The position numbers and the translations under genes were made by a program. A stretch of 64,000 nucleotides of DNA, from positions 1 through 64,000 of IMG/VR virus record IMGVR_UViG_3300027779_000019. One strand, 5' to 3'. Origin of the DNA: a virus. Position 1 is the stretch's first letter. Each line of letters starts with the position of its first letter. Under the pieces are notes generated by a model. The model saw only the letters and a list, made by a program, of their open reading frames with translations. It had not been told where the DNA came from and did not search any database. Positions 44,872 through 55,256 of this stretch are shown here, in pieces.

Positions 44872-45556
44872 CAATAGAAAGACACCTAAAAAATCTTTTG
44901 AGTCGAGAATAAAGGAGATAGACTCTGAGATTCAAAAAAGAAGAAGCAGGTGGAGGTTATCCTCCCTGTCTTGGATGGATTTTGACGATATATCTCAAAT
45001 ACTGAGAATCCATATTTTTAAAAAATGGCATCTATACGACGATAGCAAACCGTTGGGTCCTTGGCTAAATAGGATAATATCTAATCAGATAAAAAATCTA
45101 GTAAGGAATAATTACGGAAATTACGCTAGGCCTTGCTTGAAATGCGCTGCTGCTGAATCGGATAGTTTGTGCACTATATACGGAACGCAAGGCCCTGAAT
45201 GCCCCTTGTATCTAAACTGGGTCAGGACAAAGAAAGCCGCTCATGACCTAAAAATAACCGTACCTATAGAAAATCACTATAAAGAAATATACTCTAAGGA
45301 AAACGACAACACTTATAGTGAATCGTCCATAGGTAGGATTCATGAAAAAATGAAAGAAGTGTTGAAAACTTTAGAGTGGAAGGTTTATGATTATTTGTAC
45401 ATACAAGGCTACTCTGAGGAGAAGACCGCTAAACTCATGGGGTACAAGACTACAGAGAAAAATAGGAGCCCCGGCTACAAGCAAATAAAAAATATCAAAA
45501 AATCCATAATAGCCAAAGTAAAAAAATGTCTGAAGAACGACGAGATAGATCTATAG
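44864..45556 (+). CDS. Phage ECF-type sigma factor with Cys-rich insert
   Basis: Region 2-like DFDDISQ.......YD.SKPL..WL.RI..N..KN..R; region 4-like E.KV......GYS..K.AK.MG. Confidence 0.75.
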   Translation: MANNRKTPKKSFESRIKEIDSEIQKRRSRWRLSSLSWMDFDDISQILRIHIFKKWHLYDDSKPLGPWLNRIISNQIKNLVRNNYGNYARPCLKCAAAESDSLCTIYGTQGPECPLYLNWVRTKKAAHDLKITVPIENHYKEIYSKENDNTYSESSIGRIHEKMKEVLKTLEWKVYDYLYIQGYSEEKTAKLMGYKTTEKNRSPGYKQIKNIKKSIIAKVKKCLKNDEIDL

Positions 45557-46665
45557 TCCACGAGGAACTATTAAACGAAGACCACAAAAGAAAGGCCTTA
45601 GACGAATGGAATAGTCGCCCAGAGGACCCGCCGTCCCAGCAAGAGATTATAGATTGTACTGGCTATAGGAGTCCTGACGGAACGATACCGGACGGGAGGA
45701 GTAAGTTCGGCCGACAAATGAAAGCCTTTATGGCTAGTAAGGAATGCAAACCTAAAGGAGCTCATGAACACAGGATAAAAGGGCCTGTTGACTTAACTGA
45801 AGAGCATAGAGCGTACTTAGACGGTAACCGAGCATTAATGACGGGCTTTGAGATGGCTAAGATATTATTCGGAAATCTTATAAGCCCCCTAAGTCGGGAG
45901 ACCCTTACCGTTAATGAGTACCTAGCTTCTCAAGGGCAGACTCGACAGCGGCCCGCTCAGGTTAGTCAAAGAGAGGGTCAAAGGGTTGAGTATAGAGCCC
46001 CTAGGTCTCTTGATAAAATACTACAAAGGTATAATAAATATTTTCATCTACATCCATTAAATAAAGAGTCCATGCTTTCGAGAGAAAGAAAGAACTTGGA
46101 GGTTTTGATGAAATACATGAATACCTACAGGTTCTCACACCAGATGGGTACTTACGCCTCTGTGACTGATAGAGAGTTGTTCGAGAGTAGTTTCATTAGA
46201 TACACAAACGATAAGAACGACCTAACCCAAGAAGAGGTTGATCAATATATAGTTTTATGTATAGAGGTAGTCATAGCTTCGAATATTCAGATGAGAGTTG
46301 AGAGGCTTCAAAATATGCTAGACGATACGGCTGACGACACAGAAGGAAGGAGAATATCCATGGGGCTAGTCGAAGCAGTCAGCTCCAGACAGTCTGAATA
46401 TAATCAATGCGTAAACAGGCAGCAAAAACTTTTAGAAAGCCTAAAGGAAAAAAGAAGCGCAAGGCTAAGTAAGGAAATTAAAGAAAGCGCAAGTATATTA
46501 AACCTAGTACAACTATGGAAAGACGAAGAGAGTAGAAAGAAACTCATAAAGCTTGCGGAATTAAGAAAAAGCGTTTTAAAGGATGAGGTGGAGAATTTAA
46601 GCACTATGGACGAAGTAAAATCTAGGATACTCGGCTTGTCGGAAGAGGAGGTTTTAAATGGTTAA
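45526..46665 (+). CDS. Hypothetical helical protein upstream of terminase (possible small terminase/packaging factor)
   Basis: 379 aa, coiled-coil C-terminus, genomic position. Confidence 0.55.
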   Translation: MSEERRDRSIVHEELLNEDHKRKALDEWNSRPEDPPSQQEIIDCTGYRSPDGTIPDGRSKFGRQMKAFMASKECKPKGAHEHRIKGPVDLTEEHRAYLDGNRALMTGFEMAKILFGNLISPLSRETLTVNEYLASQGQTRQRPAQVSQREGQRVEYRAPRSLDKILQRYNKYFHLHPLNKESMLSRERKNLEVLMKYMNTYRFSHQMGTYASVTDRELFESSFIRYTNDKNDLTQEEVDQYIVLCIEVVIASNIQMRVERLQNMLDDTADDTEGRRISMGLVEAVSSRQSEYNQCVNRQQKLLESLKEKRSARLSKEIKESASILNLVQLWKDEESRKKLIKLAELRKSVLKDEVENLSTMDEVKSRILGLSEEEVLNG

Positions 46666-47599
46666 TTGTGTAGTTTGCGAGAAGGGGTTTAAGGAAGATA
46701 AGAACCTACACGCTCACCTCAAAGCTCATGGTTTGAGAATGGCTGAGTATTATCAAAAATATTTCCCACGTAAAGATTTACATACCGGAGATATAATAAA
46801 GTTCAAAAGCAAGGAGTACTATTTTTCTACTGATTTCAATTCCAGAATAAGCATGAAAAAGTGGTTAAGCGCGCAACCAAAAAATAAAGCGAGAGAATAC
46901 GTAAAAGAAATATTATCCAAAAGAATAGAAAGAAAGAACTTAAAATGTACGCCGAGTCAGGTAGAGTTAAGGACGGTCATGAGTCCCCCCATACAGTACT
47001 TTAATGAATTGTTCGGGGATTATTACGGCATATGCAAAGAGGTTGGGTTAAAGTCTAGATTTAACGGTTACCCTAATGAGGGTAGCTTTTCTTTAACTGA
47101 CTACTCCGATCAGAAAGACTTAGAAATACTAATGGATACAAGAGAGCAGTTTCCATTCAAGTTGGATTATCCATTTCAAATTAAAGCTTTAAAATTCGGA
47201 GACTACACGTTGAGCGACGAGGAAGTGTGCTGCGGCTGCTATATAGAGAGGAAGTCTATAAAGGATTTTGTAGGGACGCTAAGCGGTGGGTTAGAAAGGT
47301 TTAGAAGAGAAATAGAAAGGGCGAACGAAAACGAAGCTTACTTAGTGGTTCTAGTGGAAAGCCCCATAAGTAAATGCATGGCTTTCGATAGACTGCCCTA
47401 TGTGAGCAAAAAGATAAGAGCAACTCCGGAATATATATTCAGAAACGTTAGGGATATCTGTCAGGATTATGATCATGTCCAGTTTCTGTTTGTCGACGGC
47501 AGAAAAGAAGCTGTCAGAGTCATGAAGAAGATATTTTTCTGTGGGTGCGTATATAAGGATTACGACCTACAACTAGCTTACGACCTGAAGGTTTTATAA
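46658..47599 (+). CDS. ERCC4/XPF-type nuclease with N-terminal C2H2 zinc finger
   Basis: CVVC...HLKAH; DTREQ, L.FGDY, IERKS..D, RF.REI. Confidence 0.8.
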   Translation: MVNCVVCEKGFKEDKNLHAHLKAHGLRMAEYYQKYFPRKDLHTGDIIKFKSKEYYFSTDFNSRISMKKWLSAQPKNKAREYVKEILSKRIERKNLKCTPSQVELRTVMSPPIQYFNELFGDYYGICKEVGLKSRFNGYPNEGSFSLTDYSDQKDLEILMDTREQFPFKLDYPFQIKALKFGDYTLSDEEVCCGCYIERKSIKDFVGTLSGGLERFRREIERANENEAYLVVLVESPISKCMAFDRLPYVSKKIRATPEYIFRNVRDICQDYDHVQFLFVDGRKEAVRVMKKIFFCGCVYKDYDLQLAYDLKVL

Positions 47600-49422
47600 T
47601 GTGGCATTGTCCCGATAAATACAAAGATCCCGTAGTAAACATAAACAAGGAGATTCTTGAGTTAGGCGGCGAGCTAGAAGACAAGCAAGCGAAAATAACT
47701 TTAGCTAAATTCCTAAGGTCCAACTTGGGCGTAACAACAGAGTTGATATCCGGGATCAAATTAGCACCTTTCCAAGAGATAACTCTCAAGGCATTTTTCA
47801 ATAGGAATTTCAGTATGTGCGTCTGGGGTCGAGGTTGTGGCAAAACCTTTATAGCCGCTATTTATTGTTTTCTGCAGTGTATTTTTGAACCGCGAACAAA
47901 AATACTGATTGCTGGCCCTACTTTTCGTACAGCTAGATTTATCTTTAACAATCTAGAAACTATAGTAGAATCGAAAGGGGCTCAGCTGTTAGCTCAAGCT
48001 TTTGGGGCGAGATCAAAAAGGAACGACCAATACGAATGGAAAATAAACGGCGGCAGCATAACCGCTATACCTTTAAGTGGAGAAAAGATAAGGGGCTTCA
48101 GGGCTAATATATTGGTATTGGACGAGTTTCTATTATTGCCGGAAGAAATAATTAGAAATGTTTTGATGCCTTTCTTAGTGGCTCCTCAGGACATAGCGGA
48201 AAGAATAAAAATTAGGGAAATAGAAGACGAACTTATAAAAAAAGGAAAAATGACAGAAAGCCAAAAAATGGTTTTCGAAAACAACTCAAAAATGATAGCC
48301 CTTTCTTCCGCGTCTTATACTTTTGAAAACCTATATAAGGTATACAAGGAATGGTCCGAGAGGATAAATTCAAAAGAATCAGGGGAATCTAAATATTTCA
48401 TTTCCCAAATGGGGTACGAATCTTTGCCAAAAGAAATGATAGATAGTACTATTATTGAAGAGGCTCAGTCAGACTCCTCTTCGCTATCTTCATTCCAAAG
48501 GGAGTATTGCGCTCAGTTTACGGATGGTAGCGATAGTTACTTTAGCGCAAGAAAAATGCACGAATGCACTATACCAAACGGGGAAGAGCCAAGCATGAAG
48601 ATTATTGGTACGTCTGGATCCAAATATATTTTAGGCATTGATCCTAGTTTTAGCAATAGCCCTACTTCTGATTATTTCGCGATGTCCGTTATGGAAATCG
48701 ACGACGAATCGAAACAAGGCACTTTGGTCCATTGTTATGCGGTAGCTGGTGGCAACTTAAAGGACCATATTAATTATCTTTTTTATCTAATTCAAAATTT
48801 CGATATTATCATGGTCATCATCGATAACGCTGGTTATCAATTTATAGATAGCGCTAATGAATCCGAGAAGTTCCTGAAAGCTAATATAAATTTAAAGTTT
48901 TTTGATTTCAATACAGACAAAGAAGGAGAGGAGTACAACAAGGAGATTAAGAGGGCTAGAAGAGGCTACAACCTGCAAGAAAAGAAAATTTGCATCAAGC
49001 AGTTGTTTTCTACCAGCTTTATAAGAAGAGCTAACGAACAGTTACAGGCAGATATAGACCATAAAAGAATATGGTTTGGCTCTAAGGTTACCGCTGATGG
49101 GGCAATTTTTAATAAAGTCTCCGAACAAAGAGTTCCCCTCAAGGCGACCAATCACGAAACTATACTAGATCTTATCGAATTCCAAGACGACTTTGTATAC
49201 CAAACAAAAAAACAATGTTCTCTAATAGAGGTCAAAACCACATCTAAGGGAACCCAAAGTTTCGATCTGCCTCAACATCTAAGGAGAAGCACGTCCCCTA
49301 ACAAGGCTAGAAAAGACAACTATACTACTCTTATGTTGGGAAATTGGGCGGTAAAAAGGTATTATGACATGATGAATGTAGAAGAGGAAACGGAAACTAC
49401 TTTTTCCCCTATATTAATTTAA
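47599..49422 (+). CDS. terL: Terminase large subunit
   Basis: GRGCGKT, RGFRANILVLDE, LSSA, FQREYCAQF, ILGIDP, D..TTL. Confidence 0.9.
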   Translation: MWHCPDKYKDPVVNINKEILELGGELEDKQAKITLAKFLRSNLGVTTELISGIKLAPFQEITLKAFFNRNFSMCVWGRGCGKTFIAAIYCFLQCIFEPRTKILIAGPTFRTARFIFNNLETIVESKGAQLLAQAFGARSKRNDQYEWKINGGSITAIPLSGEKIRGFRANILVLDEFLLLPEEIIRNVLMPFLVAPQDIAERIKIREIEDELIKKGKMTESQKMVFENNSKMIALSSASYTFENLYKVYKEWSERINSKESGESKYFISQMGYESLPKEMIDSTIIEEAQSDSSSLSSFQREYCAQFTDGSDSYFSARKMHECTIPNGEEPSMKIIGTSGSKYILGIDPSFSNSPTSDYFAMSVMEIDDESKQGTLVHCYAVAGGNLKDHINYLFYLIQNFDIIMVIIDNAGYQFIDSANESEKFLKANINLKFFDFNTDKEGEEYNKEIKRARRGYNLQEKKICIKQLFSTSFIRRANEQLQADIDHKRIWFGSKVTADGAIFNKVSEQRVPLKATNHETILDLIEFQDDFVYQTKKQCSLIEVKTTSKGTQSFDLPQHLRRSTSPNKARKDNYTTLMLGNWAVKRYYDMMNVEEETETTFSPILI

Positions 49423-49474
49423 TAACTAAATTTTAAGGTGAATATAACTTTAAACGTGTAATTTTAACTAAGAT

Positions 49475-51427
49475 ATGGCAGCCCCGAGAAAGAAGCAAGT
49501 CGATAGTTCTGCTAAGCCCTTAATGGCCGCTTATGGAGGAAAGGAGTCTATTGCGGTGCAAGCTACCCGCACAAGAAGGAATAAATCCGGAAGCATAGAA
49601 AGGACGGATAGGTTTGAGAATATCAATGACGGACTTTCTCCTTTTAAGTATACTAGCAGCGGAGCGTACAATACAAGCAACTTAGACGTAAGGGACGCTG
49701 TCATTTTATGCCAAAAGGCTTATTATAATTTTTCAATATTTAGAAATACTATAGATTTGATGACGGAGTTTTCCGTTAGTGACTTGTACTTTTCTGGAGG
49801 CAGCAAGAAATCTAGGGATTTTTTCACACATTTCTTTAAAAAAATAAACATTAGCTCTTTACTGGATAAGTTCTTCAGGGAGTATTACCGTTCAGGTAAC
49901 GTCTTTATTTATAGGTTTGATGCGGCCATAACTCCGGCAGATTTTACTAAGATATCTCAAACGTTTGGAACCGGCGACTACCTAAATGAATCTGAGAAAA
50001 TAACTATACCTTCTAGGTATTGCATACTTAATCCGGCAGATATCCAACTAGGAGGCAATATATCTTTCACTTCTGGAAAATACTACAAGCTGCTTTCAGA
50101 TTATGAATTGGAAAGACTTAGGAATCCGAAAACGGAAGAAGATACAGAAGTCTTAGAGAATTTATCCAAAGAAATACAAGAACAAATTGCTAATCCAAAA
50201 AATACGTCTATAGTTTTACCGCTAAATTCAGACAAAATAACAGCTCTATTCTATAAGAAGCAGGACTACGAACCATTCGCTGTTCCCATGGGCTACCCAG
50301 TTCTAGAAGATATAAACTGGAAACAGGAAATGAAAAAAATGGATATGGCCATAACAAGAACAACCCAACAAGTTGTCCTTCTCGTGACAATGGGCACCGA
50401 CCCAGATAAGGGTGGGGTCAGCCAAAAGAATCTTGAAGCTATGAGGACCTTATTTGAGAATCAATCAGTAGGAAGGGTCCTTATCGCCGACTATACGACT
50501 AAGGCTGAATTTGTAGTTCCGAATATAGCTAGTATACTCGACCCTAAAAAATACGAAGTAGTTAACAGGGACATACAACTAGGGCTAAATAATATCCTGA
50601 TAAGCGGGGACGAGAAGTTCGCTAACGCTCAAATTAAGACTCAGGTATTCGTGGAGAGACTGAAGCAGGGTAGGGATTTATTTATTAACGAGTTTCTTTT
50701 GCCGGAAATCAAAAGAATGTCTAAGTCTTTAGGTTTTAAGAATTACCCGACGCCTAATTTTAACGACATAGAGCTTAAGGACGATAATACATATTCAAGA
50801 GTTTATACTAGGTTGATAGAGCTAGGTATACTTACTCCAGAAGAAGGTATCGAGGCTATTAACACAGGCAGACTGCCGACAAGTGAAGAGTCTCAAGAAA
50901 GCCAAAAAGGCTATAGGGGGCTAAGAGACAAGGGTTTATACGAGCCAATTATGGGGGGGCCTAGTACCCAAAAAGAAATGTCGGAAAACAAAGAGAGCTC
51001 CCCAGCAAGTGGTAGTCCTACCGTTTCTAATCCTAATGAATCGCAAACGGGAAGGCCACCGGGGACTAAGGGAGTACCTCAAGAAACAAAAAAGGTTTCC
51101 CCGATAGGGGCGTCTATGCAATTCAGCCTCTCTAGAGTAAAAGATAATTTGATACTAGCCCAAGAGCTAGTTACTGAAGTAGAGTCGTCCTTAAGGAAGC
51201 TCCACAAAAAGAGAAAACTAAGCCAACTACAGAAGGACGTAGCGGTGGAAATAGCTTCCGTCATTATAGCTAACGAAGATCCCGAAAATTGGAAACCGAA
51301 AACGAACGAATATTGTCAGAGTCCAGTAGACACAAACATGGACAGAATAAAAGACATAAGAGAAATAGCTTTCGAACACCAAGTAGATGACTACTTAGCT
51401 TCTATCTTGTACAACAGCAAAAAATAA
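49475..51427 (+). CDS. Portal protein
   Basis: 650 aa directly after TerL; YYRSGNVFIY, GRP motif in a low-complexity tail. Confidence 0.75.
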   Translation: MAAPRKKQVDSSAKPLMAAYGGKESIAVQATRTRRNKSGSIERTDRFENINDGLSPFKYTSSGAYNTSNLDVRDAVILCQKAYYNFSIFRNTIDLMTEFSVSDLYFSGGSKKSRDFFTHFFKKINISSLLDKFFREYYRSGNVFIYRFDAAITPADFTKISQTFGTGDYLNESEKITIPSRYCILNPADIQLGGNISFTSGKYYKLLSDYELERLRNPKTEEDTEVLENLSKEIQEQIANPKNTSIVLPLNSDKITALFYKKQDYEPFAVPMGYPVLEDINWKQEMKKMDMAITRTTQQVVLLVTMGTDPDKGGVSQKNLEAMRTLFENQSVGRVLIADYTTKAEFVVPNIASILDPKKYEVVNRDIQLGLNNILISGDEKFANAQIKTQVFVERLKQGRDLFINEFLLPEIKRMSKSLGFKNYPTPNFNDIELKDDNTYSRVYTRLIELGILTPEEGIEAINTGRLPTSEESQESQKGYRGLRDKGLYEPIMGGPSTQKEMSENKESSPASGSPTVSNPNESQTGRPPGTKGVPQETKKVSPIGASMQFSLSRVKDNLILAQELVTEVESSLRKLHKKRKLSQLQKDVAVEIASVIIANEDPENWKPKTNEYCQSPVDTNMDRIKDIREIAFEHQVDDYLASILYNSKK

Positions 51428-51428
51428 A

Positions 51429-52568
51429 ATGAGCGAAAATGTAGACGTAAGTCAATACGCAGCAGGGGCAGATATATCCTTACCGGATATTCCTATGCCG
51501 GAACCAGTGGTAGAGACCAAAAAGGTCATAAGCGACGAAGTGGAGGTGGCTTATAAGTTCTGCTTTGTGGGTTCGGGTCAAGGAGGGTCTAGACTCGCCG
51601 AAACCTTTCATGGATTGGGGTATAGGAAGGTTTGCGCTTTGAATACCGCAAAGCAAGACCTCAATACCGTAAAGTTAGACAATAAGCTTTGCATAGGGGA
51701 CGGCGGAGCTGGAAAAGATCCGGATGTAGCTAAAGAGATTTTTGATTCCAAAAGGGAAGACGTTTTGGATTTCATGAGGTATTCTTTCGGTGACGATTTT
51801 GACCGAATATTTGTATGTGTCGGGGCCGGTGGAGGGACAGGGGCTGGTACTCTCGGCCCGTTAGTCAGTACCGCAAAAGAGCTGCAGGAAACCGTTGGCG
51901 TAAAAAATAATAAGGTCGGAGCTATCGTGGCGCTACCTAAAAACTCCGAAGGCAAGAGAGTTAACGCAAACGCTCATAAGACCCTAAAGGAAGCCTATGA
52001 ATTAGTTGAGTCGGGAGATATTTCGCCTTTAATTATAGTAGATAACGAAAGGATAAGTAAACTATACCCCGGTTTGGTGGTTTCTAGTTTTTGGCAAACA
52101 GCAAATAGGAGTATGGCTGGATTGTTTCATTTGTTTAATTTGACCGCCGCCAAGGATAGTACTTATTCTGCATTCGACTCAAAAGACTACCTAAGTATAT
52201 TAGACTCTGGCTTAATGGTCTTTGGAGCTTCCCCAGTTAAGGACTGGAGTGACCCGGTAAGTATATCTAGATCAGTTAGGGATAATTTAAAAGGAAACAT
52301 CCTCTCCGGAGGGATAAATTTAGGATCTGGGACTTGTGCCGGGGTCGTAATAGTGGGAGGAAAAGAAGCTTTGGATAACGTACCTCAATCCAACTTAGAC
52401 CAAGCTTACGCTCAATTGTCAAGAATACTGAAGGCAAACAGTACCGTCCATAGAGGAATATATAGCGGAGATAAAGAAGGTCTGACGGTCTATAGCTGCA
52501 TAGGTGGGCTAGAAGAGCCTAAAGAAAAACTAGAGGAATTAAAACTTTTAGGCGATCTAACCGAGTAA
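51429..52568 (+). CDS. Tubulin/FtsZ-superfamily GTPase (PhuZ/TubZ-like)
   Basis: GSGQGGSRL, NTA..DL, GAGKDP, GAGGGTGAG, VDN, FDSKD T7-loop-like. Confidence 0.9.
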   Translation: MSENVDVSQYAAGADISLPDIPMPEPVVETKKVISDEVEVAYKFCFVGSGQGGSRLAETFHGLGYRKVCALNTAKQDLNTVKLDNKLCIGDGGAGKDPDVAKEIFDSKREDVLDFMRYSFGDDFDRIFVCVGAGGGTGAGTLGPLVSTAKELQETVGVKNNKVGAIVALPKNSEGKRVNANAHKTLKEAYELVESGDISPLIIVDNERISKLYPGLVVSSFWQTANRSMAGLFHLFNLTAAKDSTYSAFDSKDYLSILDSGLMVFGASPVKDWSDPVSISRSVRDNLKGNILSGGINLGSGTCAGVVIVGGKEALDNVPQSNLDQAYAQLSRILKANSTVHRGIYSGDKEGLTVYSCIGGLEEPKEKLEELKLLGDLTE

Positions 52569-52594
52569 AACTGTGTAACATTCCTCTAGGAACG

Positions 52595-53062
52595 ATGAGG
52601 ATGGAGGCTAAAGAAATCGACCTACTAGACGAATGGATTTTTCCAGAGAGAAAAGATCCTCATGTTGAGCTTTCTATCAAAGTCTTAGAAGCCTTAAAGG
52701 ATAGGGTAAAAACATATAATAAGGCAAAAGACAGTAAAGTTAGCCTAAAAGAACTAAAGCAAGCTTTCGTAGCTGGGGCTTCTAATTCCGCTCTAAAAGA
52801 TACAGAACTGCTTAGCGCTGGGTTCGAAAGAGTTGCAGTCTACCTAAGCGGGAAGAATAAAAAATTTAAAAAAGAAAATTTCACAATGCAGCAGGACTCT
52901 AGATCTAAAGAGTTTGAAATAATTTATGCCGACAACGAAGAACCTAGTACGGAGCCCTCCGGAAACGAAGAAGTCAAAAGACATAATTTGTCAGACTATA
53001 AAGTTGACAGCGTAGAAGAGTTATACCTCGAAGACTACAGAACCTGCATTTTAAATATTTAA
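52595..53062 (+). CDS. Hypothetical protein in head module
   Basis: 155 aa; GTGTAA upstream. Confidence 0.6.
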   Translation: MRMEAKEIDLLDEWIFPERKDPHVELSIKVLEALKDRVKTYNKAKDSKVSLKELKQAFVAGASNSALKDTELLSAGFERVAVYLSGKNKKFKKENFTMQQDSRSKEFEIIYADNEEPSTEPSGNEEVKRHNLSDYKVDSVEELYLEDYRTCILNI

Positions 53063-53065
53063 GAC

Positions 53066-54655
53066 ATGAAAGAATTTAAATTCAAAACAACATTCAGCTC
53101 TTCCGTTAGACCTATGGTTTCGGAAGAAAAGGATAAACATCTAGCTTTGGCGTCGTTGATAGACGTCGGAAACTTTCTACCTCAGGTTGACGTGGAGAAA
53201 AATATAGACCTTCTCCCAATAGCTTTTAACGCCTGCGTAGTTAATAGAGTAAACAAGAACGGAGACGTTGTAGATACGGAAACTGCTTTGGCAATGTACG
53301 AATCTTTCAAAAATAAGCCCATCAATGTAGAGCATAACAGAGACAAGGTCTTAGGGACTATACTAACGGCAGGTTTTTCTAAATTTGGCTCCGACGAACT
53401 AATGACGGAAGAAGAGGCTAGGAGCACGACTGACCCGTTTAATATAACCTTGGGTGGAGTTGTGTGGAGAGTCGTCAACGAGAAGTTGGCTAATATTATA
53501 GAAAACTCAAGCGATCCGACCAGTGAGGACTTTATGAAAATAAGCGCTAGCTGGGAACTAGGATTCGAGGAATATAATATAGTTGTCATGGAGAATGAAG
53601 ATGACAAAAATATGGAAAACGCTATAGAAATAATCTCGTCCGAAGGAGATGTAGATAAATTTTCGAAATACCTTAGAGCCGAAGGGGGGAAGGGTAAAAT
53701 AGAAGAAAAAGGGTTTGTTTATAGGCAAGTCGTTGCGAACGTCGTCCCCTTGGGAATAGGCTTGACAGAAAACCCAGCTGCCGACGTAAAAGGTATAACA
53801 ACGAACCGAACGCTGGAAGAGAAAGGCCTTCTAGACCTAGGGGACAGGGTCAAATTTGAAGAAAAGGCGACCAACGAAAAGGAAAACGAACCAATTAAGG
53901 CTTCCGAAACCAAAGAAAACTTTTCCCAAAAGGGAAATAGTGTTGTAAACAAAAATACACAAGAGGGAATCATAATGATGAAACTGACAAATATTAACGA
54001 TATTACAGATGAGTCCTTGAAGACTGTTTCCGCTTCTACCGTAACCGATTTCATTCAAGAGGAACTGAAGCGAGCTTCAGAGAACTTCTCAGAAGATAGA
54101 AATAAGTTAGATACGGAATTAGCTGCAGCCAAGGAAGAATTAGATACCGTCTCTTCGGCGAGCAAAGAGCTCAAAGAGGAAATGGAAAAAATCAAGGCTG
54201 CTCTCGATCAACTCGAGAAGGAGAAATCAGAAAGAATTAATGAGGAGAAATTCAATCAGCGTATGGCTTTTATGGATGACACTTATAATCTTTCCGATGA
54301 GGACCGTAAGGTTGTCGCTTCTCAGATTGGTGACTTGGACGATGAGACTTTTGAGTCTTATCAAGGCGAAATGTCCATTTTGCTATCCTCTAGGAATAAA
54401 GAGGAAATCGAGAAGCAGGTTAAGGAAACGGAAGCTGCTAAAGAAGCAGAACTGCAAGAAACTAATGAGGAGGCTAAAGCTTCTGAGGAAACTCAGGCAG
54501 ATGTCGCTGAAGAGGTTGTTGAGCAGATTGTTGAGCAGGCCAAGGAAGAGCCGGAAACAGTTCCGGTTTCTGCCACAGCGTCTGACCCCTCTGATACAGT
54601 TTATGATAAATACAGAAAAGCTTTTGATATCGACAATTTCGAAATCAAACTATAA
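53066..54655 (+). CDS. Prohead protease-scaffold fusion
   Basis: NKNGD, KPINVEH...LG, SASWE, GLTENPA; acidic coiled-coil C-half. Confidence 0.75.
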   Translation: MKEFKFKTTFSSSVRPMVSEEKDKHLALASLIDVGNFLPQVDVEKNIDLLPIAFNACVVNRVNKNGDVVDTETALAMYESFKNKPINVEHNRDKVLGTILTAGFSKFGSDELMTEEEARSTTDPFNITLGGVVWRVVNEKLANIIENSSDPTSEDFMKISASWELGFEEYNIVVMENEDDKNMENAIEIISSEGDVDKFSKYLRAEGGKGKIEEKGFVYRQVVANVVPLGIGLTENPAADVKGITTNRTLEEKGLLDLGDRVKFEEKATNEKENEPIKASETKENFSQKGNSVVNKNTQEGIIMMKLTNINDITDESLKTVSASTVTDFIQEELKRASENFSEDRNKLDTELAAAKEELDTVSSASKELKEEMEKIKAALDQLEKEKSERINEEKFNQRMAFMDDTYNLSDEDRKVVASQIGDLDDETFESYQGEMSILLSSRNKEEIEKQVKETEAAKEAELQETNEEAKASEETQADVAEEVVEQIVEQAKEEPETVPVSATASDPSDTVYDKYRKAFDIDNFEIKL

Positions 54656-54672
54656 AACAGGAGAAATAAATT

Positions 54673-55236
54673 ATGGCTACAACATGTGACTTAAGACCCT
54701 TTAGGGATTACAGCGATCATAACGTAATCAATCTCTTTGCGTGGAGCGGTGCCGTGCCTGTCAAGAAGGGGACTTTCGTAAAAGTCGTCCCCGGTTCTGA
54801 AGGACACGGTGGCTGGAAAGCAACTGATGAGATAGAAATGCAAGGCGATGTAGGCGCTGCCTTCACTAATACCGTTTCACAACGGTATGGTGTGGCTGCC
54901 AAAATCACTGCCGCCGTCAACGGAGACGAAGACGACGCTATCGGCATGCTGCTTTACGACGTTAAAGAGACTGATGAGAATGGGGAGAAGCTAGTCTTCA
55001 ACCCTCGGAAGGCTGCCGAGTTATCGGTTGCCTTGAGTGGACAAGCGGTACCGGTTGTTTCAAGAGGCGTATTCCTTTATAAGGGCGTTGACGGAACACC
55101 AGCTGCTGGTGGTAAAGCGTACATTGGTGCAGGAGGACTGCTTAGTGCTACGGTTGGCTCTGCGCCAAACGTGGTAGGATCTTTCCTAGGTGCCAAAGAC
55201 GCCGATAACAATGTTTTGGTTAAACTTTCAATTTAA
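54673..55236 (+). CDS. Head decoration/cement protein
   Basis: Gly/Ala-rich beta protein between scaffold and capsid genes. Confidence 0.6.
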   Translation: MATTCDLRPFRDYSDHNVINLFAWSGAVPVKKGTFVKVVPGSEGHGGWKATDEIEMQGDVGAAFTNTVSQRYGVAAKITAAVNGDEDDAIGMLLYDVKETDENGEKLVFNPRKAAELSVALSGQAVPVVSRGVFLYKGVDGTPAAGGKAYIGAGGLLSATVGSAPNVVGSFLGAKDADNNVLVKLSI

Positions 55237-55256
55237 TTATAAAAGGATATAAAATT

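Noticed and set aside
51429-52568. Nucleus-forming jumbo phage assignment from the tubulin gene
   Set aside because: No chimallin or multisubunit phage RNAP recognised here; promoters and the sigma factor point to use of host RNAP.
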